From assembly GCA_032718475.1 (NCBI GenBank), contig JAUCBJ010008232.1, positions 1 through 64,000 of the forward strand: DNA of 64,000 nucleotides, given 5' to 3'. This document shows, one piece after another, positions 13,760-24,287 of this stretch; the stretch's first letter is position 1, and each line of letters opens with the position of its first letter. Made by a program: the position numbers and the translations under genes. This DNA is from Nemertoderma westbladi. Lineage: Eukaryota > Animalia > Xenacoelomorpha. Under the pieces are notes generated by a model that saw only the letters and a list, made by a program, of their open reading frames with translations, was not told the origin of the DNA and searched no databases.

Positions 13760-14440
13760 ATGGCTGACTTTAATTCAGGTCCATATAATTTAAACTTTCA
13801 AATGGGCACAAGTATGATAATTTCAGGGCCATCTGGTTCCGGAAAGTCAACCTTTGTAAGCAATTTAATTAAACACAAGAATGGTTGTTTCAACGAAGCC
13901 CCCTTGCGAGTATTGTATTGTTACGGGAGCAATCCCCCGACTATTCCCGGTATTACTCACCTTTACAAAGGCTTGCCTGAAAATATAGATAGTTTAGTGA
14001 ATAGTCGAGATTTATTAATTATAGATGATTTGTTAACAGAAACTGAGTCCAGTACAGCTTTAACTGTATTGTTTACTAAGGTAGCTCATCATTCCAATAT
14101 ATTTATTTGTTTTATAACGCAAAACATGTTTTACGGTGGGAAGCATAACCGCACAAGATCAATTAATAGCCATACTTTAGTATTAATGAAAAATCCGAGA
14201 GACAGTCTATCGGTTTTAAATTTCGCGAAGCAGATGTTACCAGGGCAGACCAAATTTTTAGTTGATTCCTATCAAGATGCGACAATTCAACCATTTTCAC
14301 ATTTCTTAATTGATTTACGACAGGAAACACCCGAACATTTAAGATTTAGATCTGATATATTTCGTAATCATAATTGTTACATTAAAAATTACACTGACTA
14401 TAAACGTAGCGAAAATAATAATAATAATAATGATAAATAA
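13760..14440 (+). CDS. A32/FtsK-like DNA packaging ATPase
   Basis: Walker A GPSGSGKS, Walker B LLIIDD, plus ITQN and KNPRD motifs typical of Polinton ATPases. Confidence 0.93.
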   Translation: MADFNSGPYNLNFQMGTSMIISGPSGSGKSTFVSNLIKHKNGCFNEAPLRVLYCYGSNPPTIPGITHLYKGLPENIDSLVNSRDLLIIDDLLTETESSTALTVLFTKVAHHSNIFICFITQNMFYGGKHNRTRSINSHTLVLMKNPRDSLSVLNFAKQMLPGQTKFLVDSYQDATIQPFSHFLIDLRQETPEHLRFRSDIFRNHNCYIKNYTDYKRSENNNNNNDK

Positions 14441-14477
14441 TTAATATTTTGTAACAATTTTCAATAATGTTGCAACA

Positions 14478-14861
14478 ATGAATAGACTTGTGCAGAAATA
14501 TCGTAACGAACTGGAATTTCTACGCAGCGCTACCCCTCAACAAAGAACTTATTTTATTAACCATACCGCCAGTAACGAATTAATACGGCTCATTGTAAAT
14601 ACTGCATTAAATGTTCTAAAAGGTAATGTACAATTGACCCCTCATTCATTTAGAAATATTCGCCGCTATAAGAAGGTATTGAAATCACTCAACCGTAAAA
14701 CAAAAAATATATCAAGTTACAGAAAAAAGTTAAGCAATCAATCTGGAGGCATACTACCGTTTCTAATACCCTTACTCGGCATTGGTGCGAAACTCGCAGC
14801 GAGTGCCGGTGCCGCTGCCGCGGGGGCTGCTATTGCGAAAAAAATTAACCGTGGACGGTAA
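14478..14861 (+). CDS. Basic core-like protein (PW-like) with a putative protease cleavage site
   Basis: LNVLKGNVQLT...NQSGGILPFLIPLLG pattern seen in conserved small Maverick ORFs; xGG precedes a hydrophobic tail. Confidence 0.7.
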   Translation: MNRLVQKYRNELEFLRSATPQQRTYFINHTASNELIRLIVNTALNVLKGNVQLTPHSFRNIRRYKKVLKSLNRKTKNISSYRKKLSNQSGGILPFLIPLLGIGAKLAASAGAAAAGAAIAKKINRGR

Positions 14862-14863
14862 TA

Positions 14864-15034
14864 ATGGTTAAAACGGGAGTAACATTTAGAAAATTATATT
14901 TAGTATCGAGTAAACCGTTAGCTGCTGATTTAAAACCACAAGATATACCTAGAGTAAATACTACAAAAAGAAAACCCTTTAAAACATCAACTTCGAAGAA
15001 AATAATTAAAAAATTTCAGTTGTTCTTACGGTGA
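14864..15034 (+). CDS. 56-aa basic ORF not in the ORF track (MVKTGVTFRKLYLVS...)
   Basis: Starts 2 nt after the previous stop and ends in a TGATG stop/start overlap. Confidence 0.45.
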   Translation: MVKTGVTFRKLYLVSSKPLAADLKPQDIPRVNTTKRKPFKTSTSKKIIKKFQLFLR

Positions 15035-15085
15035 TGCCCTTTATAAGAGATTTGAATATACATATTACTTGCGGTTGTCGAAAAG

Positions 15086-16177
15086 ATGCCTCGCAAGATG
15101 AAACCGATTCTAAGCCGAAGCTTAGACAAAAAACTGTTAAGAATTTATTTAGATCCTTCATCCCCCGCGGGATTTGCAAGTGTTGCAAAATTAGCAAAAG
15201 CTGCAAACATCAAACCAGCGCAAGCCCAGAAATGGTTGAGCGGACAAAAGACATACACCCTTCACGCTCCACGTAGACAACATTATCCAACATCTAAAAT
15301 ATTTACGGGAGGCATAAAAGATATATATATGATAGATCTGGTGGATATGCAGCAATATAAATCGCAAAATAATAATTATAACTATATATTAACGTGCATT
15401 GATGCCTTCAGTCGGCTTGCTTTTGCCTATGCTATGAAAACAAAAAAGGGTGTTGAAATTATTAGTATATTGCAAAAAATATTCCAGAAAGGAAAACCAA
15501 ACAGAATCGCCACAGATCAAGGTTCTGAGTTTCTAAATAAATCTGTAAGGAAATATTTAGATACGTTAGGTATACAGTATTACGTAATGTATTCTGTGAA
15601 TAAGGCGGCTATTGTCGAGAGATTCAACAGAACCTTAAAAACAAAGATGTTCAAAATTTTCACGCAAAGGGGAAATAATATTTGGATAAAAATTTTACCT
15701 AAGCTTATCTCGGCTTATAATAGGTCGTATCATAGGACAATAAAAATGACACCTATTGAAGTTAATAAATTTAATGAAACTGAATTAATGAATAGATTAT
15801 ATGGGAAATATAGACAGATAAATCACAAGAAAATAAAATTTAAAGTTGGAGATACAGTACGATTATCTATTGCTCGTACTGCTTTTGCTAAAGGCTATCG
15901 AGAACAATGGACACGTGAATTATTTATTATTCATCGTGTCAGGTTGGATAGAGTACCAGCGGTAATGTTCGATATTAAGGACAGCGCCGGAGCTATAATA
16001 AAGGGCTCATTTTATTCTCACGAACTCCAAAAGATCCACCCGAATAGTAATATTTATCTAGCAATTGACAAAAAAAATATTGGCAAACTTAAAGAACGTG
16101 TACGCAATGGGAAGAAAGAATATTTAGTCCGATTCATCGGATCCAAGAAACAGTCCTGGGTACAGCATATTCAATAA
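15086..16177 (+). CDS. Retroviral-like (rve/DDE) integrase with a C-terminal chromodomain-like segment
   Basis: IDLVDM, IDAFSR, TDQGSEF, VERFNRTLK, YNRSYHRTI; C-terminal KKEYLVRFIG..SWV. Confidence 0.95.
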   Translation: MPRKMKPILSRSLDKKLLRIYLDPSSPAGFASVAKLAKAANIKPAQAQKWLSGQKTYTLHAPRRQHYPTSKIFTGGIKDIYMIDLVDMQQYKSQNNNYNYILTCIDAFSRLAFAYAMKTKKGVEIISILQKIFQKGKPNRIATDQGSEFLNKSVRKYLDTLGIQYYVMYSVNKAAIVERFNRTLKTKMFKIFTQRGNNIWIKILPKLISAYNRSYHRTIKMTPIEVNKFNETELMNRLYGKYRQINHKKIKFKVGDTVRLSIARTAFAKGYREQWTRELFIIHRVRLDRVPAVMFDIKDSAGAIIKGSFYSHELQKIHPNSNIYLAIDKKNIGKLKERVRNGKKEYLVRFIGSKKQSWVQHIQ

Positions 16178-16425
16178 GCTTAGGTTTATACTGTATATTA
16201 ATTCATTTTGGTCGCATATGACCGTAATTAATCAATAATATTAACTCGAATGATATTACTATATCTATAGTTCATCCGCTTTAAATAAAGCCAGTAAAAT
16301 ATTGATCCCTCGCATATACTGTAGAAGATGAGGCAATGAACGTGGTCACAGATGTCTATAATTTAACATTATACTGTATGTACAAAGGAGTCAAGTAGAG
16401 AGAGCGAGCTTAAATAATAATAATA

Positions 16426-17296
16426 ATGGGCACAGATACATATATCACTCTACTTTCAGATAGTTCATTAAACACTTACCCCAATAATAATCCTAGCGAG
16501 TTTACTGTTGATTTAGCTGAAGAATTATATATTGGTCCAAACGCCAAAATTGGGCTTGCTGAACTTCAATATCAAGCAACATACAGTAATATTACGCTGC
16601 AAACTCAAATTTCGCTGTCAATCGGGGTAGATGCAAAAGATGCCAAATTATATAGTTTATTTCCTGGTATGCATAACTCTATTCAAGTCATTATTGATGA
16701 TATAAATAAACTGTTTAATTCTGAAGCGAAATATAGAGATTTCGAATTCATTTTTAATACAAATAATTCTAGAATTAAATTTAAATTTCCTAAAAAGTTG
16801 AAAAAAATACAATTAAGTCTACGTGGTGATTTAATACAAATTCTAGGCTTAAAACCGTTATTGGGTCGGAATCATCCGGATATTCCGAATTGGGATATAT
16901 ACAGTACCACTACAGTAGATGAATTAAGCAATATAGAACAGCCAATATTAATTTTAAATTATAGCGGGCCAAAAATTTCGGAAATTGGCATTTTAGATTT
17001 TCCAGCTCCCACGAATATAACTCGTAATAAAGACACTATCTTTATATACACAGATATTATTAAGAGCTCATTTGTTGGCGACGCTTTAGCACCGCTCTTA
17101 AGAACCTGTCCTTTAACGCAATTAAATCGAAAATATTAATCACGAATACGAGAGCATTTGCTATTACCCATTGTTGAATAAAAAACTAAAAACAATCTTA
17201 ATTACTTTACGTGACGGCCAAGGCCAATTAATTAACTTCAGCGGAGGTCGCACTGTTATAACACTTAAGTTAATACGGGGTGGCGGTGATGGATGA
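16426..17296 (+). pseudogene. Minor capsid protein (penton) 1, frameshifted near 17130
   Basis: N-terminal YITLLSDSS..YPNNNPSEFTV and IFIYTDIIK..VGD..APLLR. The C-terminus (YYPL..ILITLRDGQGQLINFSGG..ITLKL) continues in the +1 frame to TGA at 17294-17296. Confidence 0.85.
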
Positions 17297-19400
17297 GTTC
17301 TACGTTAGACTACCAAGTAATTCCTGTCCAATTGATTTTCCCCGCAATAGCGCTAGTAATTATCAGATAAATTTCCACGGCGCCTTACCTATAAATCCAA
17401 ACGAAAACTGGGTGGTAGGTATAAAAAGTATATTTTACTTAGCAACGTTACCGTCCATGTATAACAATGTAGAGAATGTTATTTTATTAAAAAAAGGAAA
17501 AAAAAATTTTGAGGATACACTTCCATCCGGTTTGTTCTACAGTATCAATGACATTATAGATTATTTTAACACGGGGGCATTGAAAGATAAATTACAAATA
17601 GTTGAAAATACTCAGCAAAATAGGTTGCAATTTATTTTAGGGAAAACTGTGCGAGAGTTATTTATAGGTCAACAATTAGCCTATTATTTTGGAATTACTG
17701 AAAATAATCTCGGCGCGAATTTAAATCCAAATTTTAAAATTATTTTGAAGACGAAAAATAATATAAAGGGTTATTTAATAAAGGTTATCGGAAATGGAGA
17801 AAAAGCTTACCAGATGGTATTTTTATGCCCTCCTCAACCACCCAATTCTATTCCAGAACCTAAGTCGAACATGTACGTGACTACTAATATAATTGAAAAT
17901 CAATATATTAATGACTTTGGTTTAGCTTTACTTCGTCGTGTTGCGATACCTGATGATGTGAAATATGGTAGCGTAATAAATAAAGAATTTGTCAAGGATA
18001 CAATTCATTATATCCCTGTAAAAAAATCATATAAGATAACATACAGTCCCTATCTCATTCTGAATATTATTTCTCAAACTGGGTATCATTTCTCAAACCT
18101 TTTACTAATGATAGTCAACGGAGAATTTCAGTAGGCAAGACTGGGGTAAGAGTTGAGAAATCAGAAAGATGCAGCCAGCTCAATCTAACTCAAACTAGAG
18201 TCTGGCGCCATGGTTTGAGTTAGGTTGACCTCCAACTGTGCCATACTCAGCATTACTGTTCCTGTACGGGATGGATAATTACTCTGGTTGAGTGAGGCAC
18301 CACATGGGGAAGGGGCCTCTGTCTGTTGCTTGGGCTCTTGAGTTAATGGGTTGAATTACATAAGCTGGGCAGGCCGGCTTGCGTGTGTCTCATAAAAGAC
18401 ATGTCAATCACGCAGTTCCTTTGTGGGCTTTACTAAATGTATGTTGTTAACTAAACCACACTGGCTCGGTCTGTTTGTAGAGAAAGTTTTAATTCTGGGA
18501 ATATTGTTGTGGGAAATTGGTGCTCTGTTGTCTGTCTGTTTGATGTCAATTGGTGCCTTACAAGACATATCAGTTTAAAAATATAATGGTTAATTAAGAA
18601 TTATTAGTGCATATGGAACCTCGCAACAACCCCCCCCCCCCCACCCTCCCATAAATATGGCCCTGTCTATAACAGAGGTTACCTCTGGCCCCTTTGCCCG
18701 GTATACCCACACCCGGATGTATTGCGAATAATTGTGTTGACGATGTAATAGAGAATTAAACATTAGTAAAACATTAGTAAAACATTAAAGTTAAACATTA
18801 GAAACATTAGCGAAATATACGCGACATTAAAATAAATTTATAAAATTGGTTGGTTATATTATATGGTTATATTTTAATGTAAAATAACGTTAATATGTTA
18901 TGAGTCATACATACTTAATAAATGTAATAATAAATTAATAAATCTTCAGTTTAATAATCTAGCATATATTTTTTTTTTATTCTGAAATTTAAAAATAAAT
19001 TGAGCCACTGAGTCTGCAACTTAATTCTCACTGTCTACTGGAGTTAATTACATACAAACAAATCAAGTTTAGGGAATGTTATAACAGCGCAGGAGACCAT
19101 CAAACCCGTAGGCAGAATATAACAGAAGCGAGTGTGCCATTAAACACAGACAGCTTGTTGTATGAATGCTACACAGTGCACAGTGGGGGGTTACGCGAGT
19201 TTGAGTTGGGTTTGAGTAAATCAGACAGGTTTGAGTTAGTAAGAGTGTGGTAAGAGAAAAGGTACCCAGTTTAAGAAACGGTATCTAGAATGCGATAGGG
19301 ACTGTACATTCATATTGAAATAACAGACAAAGAAGGAAAAGATTTGAATTTTGAATACGGCACAACTTCTATTACATTACACTTTAAACGTATAAATTAA
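17289..19400 (+). pseudogene. Minor capsid protein (penton) 2, interrupted by a MITE
   Basis: MDEFYVRLPSNS..FPRNSASNY N-terminus. Removing 18044-19306 restores the frame ...KITYIHIEITDKEGKDLNFEYGTTSITLHFKRIN*. Confidence 0.88.
18044..19304. mobile_element. Non-autonomous Tc1/mariner-type element (MITE)
   Basis: TA duplicated at 18042-18043 and 19305-19306; imperfect TIRs CAGTCCCTATC.../...GATAGGGACTG; non-coding. Confidence 0.9.
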
Positions 19401-19401
19401 A

Positions 19402-19962
19402 ATGGATTCTGATTTATTTCAAAGATACAGTAAACCTCAATATGGGGGTTCAGACTCGAATCTTGCTGTTTTTAAAGGCGGAAGAAGTACCAGAGGTTCG
19501 ACGCAAGTTCCTGTTTTTCGAGGTGGTTCATATATTGACCCTTACGGTCAACAAATTGGCACATTTGGTCCAAACTTAAAACAACGTCGTTTTCAGCGTT
19601 ATCGTAGAGGTATGCAGGCAAATCAACACGGAGAAGGTATATTTACAGACGCTTTATCGACATTGAAAAAATTTGGTAAGCCATTAGCTAAAAAAGTTTT
19701 ACAGAAAGCTTTACCATTTACCACAAAATTTATGAGACAACACGTAATACCAAAAGGTAAGCGGGTCTTACATCAGCAGGCTAATACGGTTATTAATAAA
19801 GCATTAAATAAAATGAAACCGTCAACAAGATCGGTTGTAGAAAAAGTTTATAGAGATTTAAAGCGACCCGCTAGACCAATGTCTATGAACATACATCATC
19901 GACGTAGTAAAAAGAGAAATATAAAGGGCAAACTGAAACACTGCGAAAAAAGTATTTTTTAA
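19402..19962 (+). CDS. Basic virion core / membrane-active protein (cupiennin-like ORF of adintoviruses)
   Basis: Repeated xGG/GxG cleavage-like motifs (QYGG, FKGG, FRGG, QHGEG) followed by an amphipathic helix (IFTDALSTLKKFGKPLAKKVLQKALPF); lies directly upstream of the major capsid gene. Confidence 0.7.
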   Translation: MDSDLFQRYSKPQYGGSDSNLAVFKGGRSTRGSTQVPVFRGGSYIDPYGQQIGTFGPNLKQRRFQRYRRGMQANQHGEGIFTDALSTLKKFGKPLAKKVLQKALPFTTKFMRQHVIPKGKRVLHQQANTVINKALNKMKPSTRSVVEKVYRDLKRPARPMSMNIHHRRSKKRNIKGKLKHCEKSIF

Positions 19963-19964
19963 TA

Positions 19965-21218
19965 ATGTCAATTATTAAGGAATTAGATTTATTTTCTACA
20001 CAGCCAATACAGACTGAATTTAAAGCAAAGCATTATGAAACAATTTACCCCGTATCTAATCTCAGAAGTGAATCTAGGGAGGTCACCTTCCTTGTACCCA
20101 GATCCAATGAATTCTATACGAAACTGCAAGACGCGTTATTAATTACAAAATGTACTGTACGCTGGGATAGACGACTTGAAAACTCTCATATATATATGCT
20201 GAATTACCCCGCTGAAACTATGTGGAGTGATATTAAAATAGACCTTAATGAGAAGCAGGTTGAAAATAGCAATAACCATTATTTCTACAAGTCGTACTTA
20301 TCCAATTTATTATTTACAACTTACGAGGATAAAAATGGGCTACTGGGTGCGGGTGGCTTTCATCAACCTTTATCTGAGCATGGAAATGAAATTGATCCCG
20401 GCGCGCATCCTATTGCCGATGCCTTTAGTAAACAAATGCAATTTGTAAGTGGATTGACGATTGATTTTGATACTGAAACTAAAATAATACAACCCGGGTA
20501 TGATTTAAGAATGCATTTTAGAAAAGTATCAAATTCGTTTATTTTTAAAATCACTCCAAACGCAAACGCCGTGACAAATCTTCGACTAGAATTAGATGAA
20601 ATAAAGATTCTAATTCTAGAGGTTAATCCTGTAATAGAAAGCAGTCACCTAAAAGGTTTAGAGAGTTACGATATTGAATATCAATTCCAAAAAAAGGAGG
20701 TGACAACATTTACTATTCCCGCACAAACCACAAATTACACCCAAACAAACATATTTGATGGTAAAAAACCCAAATTAGTTATTATCGGCTTCATAACAAA
20801 TAACTCTTATTCGGGAGAATTAATTAGCAATCCCTTGAAATTTGAACATTTTAACCTTAGACGCGCGGAACTGATTGTAGACGGTCTTCCAGTAGGGGGT
20901 GTAATATACGAGCCTAATTTTACAGATGGAACATATATTTTTGAGTATACTCAATTAATGAAAAACATTAATACATATATTAACGGTTATGGAGGTAATA
21001 ATATAGACCATGAAACCTACTTAGGTAATTGCCCCCTCCTATCCTGGGACCTAACCGCCGACGGCTATGTTAGAGATCCGCAACCCTCGATATATACTAA
21101 CGGCCAATTAAAATTAAGATTTGCCGAACCATTGGTTGAAACCATAAATGTAATCGTTTTTAATATTTATGATCAATCATTAAGTTTAAATAGCAGGAAA
21201 GAAATACATATCGATTAA
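19965..21218 (+). CDS. Major capsid protein (double jelly-roll, PY)
   Basis: ELDLFS.QPIQT..YETIYPVS start, P.LVIIGF..N..YSG...NPLKFEHFNL, WDLT.D, LKLRFAEPL; 417 aa. Confidence 0.9.
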   Translation: MSIIKELDLFSTQPIQTEFKAKHYETIYPVSNLRSESREVTFLVPRSNEFYTKLQDALLITKCTVRWDRRLENSHIYMLNYPAETMWSDIKIDLNEKQVENSNNHYFYKSYLSNLLFTTYEDKNGLLGAGGFHQPLSEHGNEIDPGAHPIADAFSKQMQFVSGLTIDFDTETKIIQPGYDLRMHFRKVSNSFIFKITPNANAVTNLRLELDEIKILILEVNPVIESSHLKGLESYDIEYQFQKKEVTTFTIPAQTTNYTQTNIFDGKKPKLVIIGFITNNSYSGELISNPLKFEHFNLRRAELIVDGLPVGGVIYEPNFTDGTYIFEYTQLMKNINTYINGYGGNNIDHETYLGNCPLLSWDLTADGYVRDPQPSIYTNGQLKLRFAEPLVETINVIVFNIYDQSLSLNSRKEIHID

Positions 21219-21220
21219 GT

Positions 21221-21673
21221 ATGTTATCTACAGAGGACCTTGATATGTTTCCAGTGGGTGGTCACTATTTGGGCGCGTTTCCAGCTAATAAATTACCTAA
21301 ATTAGATAATAATAAGCGGCAGGATTATGGGTTGATAGTAAATACCGATAAAGAGCATCTGCCCGGGATTCATTGGATCGCGATATATATACGAGATAAT
21401 GAGGCCGAAGTATTTGATTCGTTTGGACCAAAATATCCAAACAGATGCATCGAAAAATGGCTTGAGAAAAATTCTGCGAGGTGGCGTACTACACGCAAAC
21501 AATTTCAAGACCCCAGGAGGACCACATGCGGTCTATACTGTCTTTATTATTTGGTAAATCGTATTCACACAATCTATCCAATGAGGGCGTTTACAAATAA
21601 TGTGGAAATAAATGAAATTATATTATATAAATGGCTTGTTAATTATTATAAATTAAACCAACAAACTTTGTAA
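21221..21673 (+). CDS. Adenain-like cysteine protease
   Basis: IVNTD...GIHWIA (His), FDSFG (Asp), Q...TCGLYC (Cys). Confidence 0.93.
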   Translation: MLSTEDLDMFPVGGHYLGAFPANKLPKLDNNKRQDYGLIVNTDKEHLPGIHWIAIYIRDNEAEVFDSFGPKYPNRCIEKWLEKNSARWRTTRKQFQDPRRTTCGLYCLYYLVNRIHTIYPMRAFTNNVEINEIILYKWLVNYYKLNQQTL

Positions 21674-21704
21674 TTAATTATTTAAATTTTGTTTATCAGA
21701 TAAA

Positions 21705-22304
21705 ATGGATAATATTATTTTTGTTGATTTTCAATATTATAAGATAGACAATAAAGAGTATCCGGTAGTATTTAAAGAATTTGCTATTTTCGATTCTAAT
21801 TACACCAAAACTAATATAAAGACGTTTTTAATTAAAGGCCCCCCTAATATTAAATTATCAGCATTAGATGCAGCCCACGTAAACAATTTACGGGATATGA
21901 CTTCTCACTTGCCCTGGAACTATGGGGACATTTCGCAAGACGACTTTAAAAAATATATGAAGAGACATTTAAAATATAAAAAAAATATTCATGTATTTGG
22001 GTTGATGAAGCGGGCAATATTAGTTTCCCAACTCGATGTTCTCGAGCCAAATTCGGTGGAGAGATTGGGAATATATAAGCAATATCACGATTATTTAACC
22101 CCTTGCCGGTTTCACGACCGATTCACTACAGTGGAAAGTAAATGCACGTTCCACTTAAACATAAGGGATAACTGTCTGCGATACTGCTCAGCAAAACGCG
22201 TTGGGGGGTTTGAGGCTCTACACTTTTTCATGAGAAAGCGTTTAACTGCGACTGATGATGATGATAAACAGAAAGAAATAACTGCGGTGGAAGATGTACT
22301 GTAG
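21705..22304 (+). CDS. DEDD/DnaQ-like nuclease-fold accessory protein (possibly degenerate)
   Basis: IIFVDFQ..VFKEFAI N-terminus, HLPWNYGDI and a C-terminal C..H...C pattern. Confidence 0.55.
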   Translation: MDNIIFVDFQYYKIDNKEYPVVFKEFAIFDSNYTKTNIKTFLIKGPPNIKLSALDAAHVNNLRDMTSHLPWNYGDISQDDFKKYMKRHLKYKKNIHVFGLMKRAILVSQLDVLEPNSVERLGIYKQYHDYLTPCRFHDRFTTVESKCTFHLNIRDNCLRYCSAKRVGGFEALHFFMRKRLTATDDDDKQKEITAVEDVL

Positions 22305-22671
22305 GTTTACTCTAAGCATGTAATGTGATGGGATAATATAATTTTATTTTGGTGATGATCTTGATGTTAATATAAAAATATAATAAAATATAATTTTTTT
22401 TACAACAAGTTCTCTAAAAGAGTCAATCGCGGTAGGTTAACCATGCACATTTAACAATATGACGTAGACGTAACATGTACAGTAAGTATTCTCGATATCG
22501 TTCTAATATAGATATACTGGTATTGCGAAACATCCTATACATCGCAAACTAATAACACATACAGTAGTTGACTAGTAATATTAGTCAGAAATGCAACATA
22601 AACTGTATAGGATGTAGTGTTAACCTGTTGGTACCGGTACTGATAAATTCAATAATTTATTATAAGCCTAA

Positions 22672-23480
22672 CCACAACTGTCATCCGCTTTATCAGTACC
22701 GGTAGTGTTTTACTCTTCCAACACTGTAGTCACAGTCTACTGGTATCAGTACAGCAGTAATCTGAAGCAATAGCATACTGCTGTCATGATCTGGATTACA
22801 CGCAGGAGTCTCTCATATAGGGATTAGATCACCTATCCGAACAATACAGTACTGCAGTACTGTCGTTGTTCTTGATGTAACAGCATAATCAGATAGAGCA
22901 TACTGATTTCCTTTGATTAGCATTGTACCGCAGTACCAGTACTACAGTATTAATGTAACAGTACCCCCAGTAACAAACTAGGCTAATGTATACAATATCG
23001 TGAGTCAGTTACAATCAGATGTGTACGCAGTCAGCCACACTGCGAGGGATGTGGTCAACCTCGCAACTCCTATCCACAACTGTCATCCATTTTATCAGTA
23101 CAGCAGTAATCTGATGTAATAACATTTGTTTTTTTTTTCAACTATAAGGATACTGCTGTCTACCCGAACCTTGATTAGCATACTGCTGTCATAACCTAGA
23201 AGGGACGCGTAGCTCTCACATATAGGGATTAGATCACCTACCCAAACAATACAGTACTGCAGTACTGTCGCTGTTCTTGATGTAACAGTATAGTCAGATA
23301 GAGCATGCTGATTTCCTTTAATTAGCATTGTACTGCAGTACGGTACCGGTACCACAGTATTAATGTAACAGTACCCGCAGTAACAAACTGAGTCAATGTA
23401 TACTTTATCGTGAGCCAGTTACAATCGGATGTGCGCGCAGTCAGCCACACTGCTGGGAAACGGTCCACCTTGCAACCGTC
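22672..23480. repeat. Diverged ~400-bp tandem duplication in the Polinton central intergenic region
   Basis: CCACAACTGTCATCC at ~22672 and ~23074; ATCAGTACAGCAGTAATCTGA and GTCAGCCACACTGC each occur twice. Confidence 0.8.
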
Positions 23481-23491
23481 TAGCCACCCTC

Positions 23492-23646
23492 ACAGTCAGC
23501 CTCGCGGCACGCAGTCAGCATCGCAGTCAGCCTCGCGGCATGCAGTCAGCCTCGCAACCAGCATCGCGGCACGCAGTCAGCCTCGTGGTCGGTCATGTAG
23601 TCAGCCTCGCGGCACGCAGCCAGCCACGCAGCTAGGCACGCAGTCA
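23492..23646. repeat. GC-rich short tandem repeat (GCAGTCAGCCTCGCGGCAC-like)
   Basis: Several imperfect copies visible. Confidence 0.75.
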
Positions 23647-23741
23647 ACCCGTGAGAGTCATGCTTATTCAAACGAGGTTAGTTTTCCCTAACTATCGATT
23701 GATTGATTGATTGAAAAATAATAATGTTTAATTTTCACCTT

Positions 23742-24287
23742 CTAATCACCAACACCTAAAGTCACAACACCAAACATTAATAAATAATTAACAAGTTTAC
23801 TAAATATAGGGTAATAAATGTGAAATTTGCTAGGTGAACACATTAAAGTACATTTACCGGTATGAAAGCAGCAAATGACTACGGTATTATTTATTCTTAT
23901 TTTGCAATTATTAAAAATTTCAGGTTCATATATAACTTGAAGTTGCACATTATCAAAGACAACATAAAACCCTGTGTTGTTTATCAATAACCTATAGACT
24001 ACAGACTTAATACTAAAAATATAAGTACATAAATTAACAGATATTAAAATCAAATTAATACTAGTTTTATCAAATATATGTTTTTTTACTTTTTGGAAAT
24101 TATACTTACTGCCTAATAATGTAATACGACCATTTTTAAATATTAATAATGTGGCACCAAATATCTTATATATAAACTGATTTGGTTTGAGTATGTGTTT
24201 ACCAGATAATTGATTTTTTAATTCTTTCAAATTAATTGCTGACACTTGCTGGCAACTTACATTCTTATTGACTATCTGATAGTTCAT
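23742..24287 (-). CDS. TATA-binding-protein (TBP)-like protein
   Basis: Two TBP-type repeats: ATLLIFKNGRITLLGSK and YEPEIF...VICCFHTGKCTL; N-terminal QIVN..SC...INLKEL; 181 aa matches the size of the TBP core. Confidence 0.8.
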   Translation of the reverse strand: MNYQIVNKNVSCQQVSAINLKELKNQLSGKHILKPNQFIYKIFGATLLIFKNGRITLLGSKYNFQKVKKHIFDKTSINLILISVNLCTYIFSIKSVVYRLLINNTGFYVVFDNVQLQVIYEPEIFNNCKIRINNTVVICCFHTGKCTLMCSPSKFHIYYPIFSKLVNYLLMFGVVTLGVGD

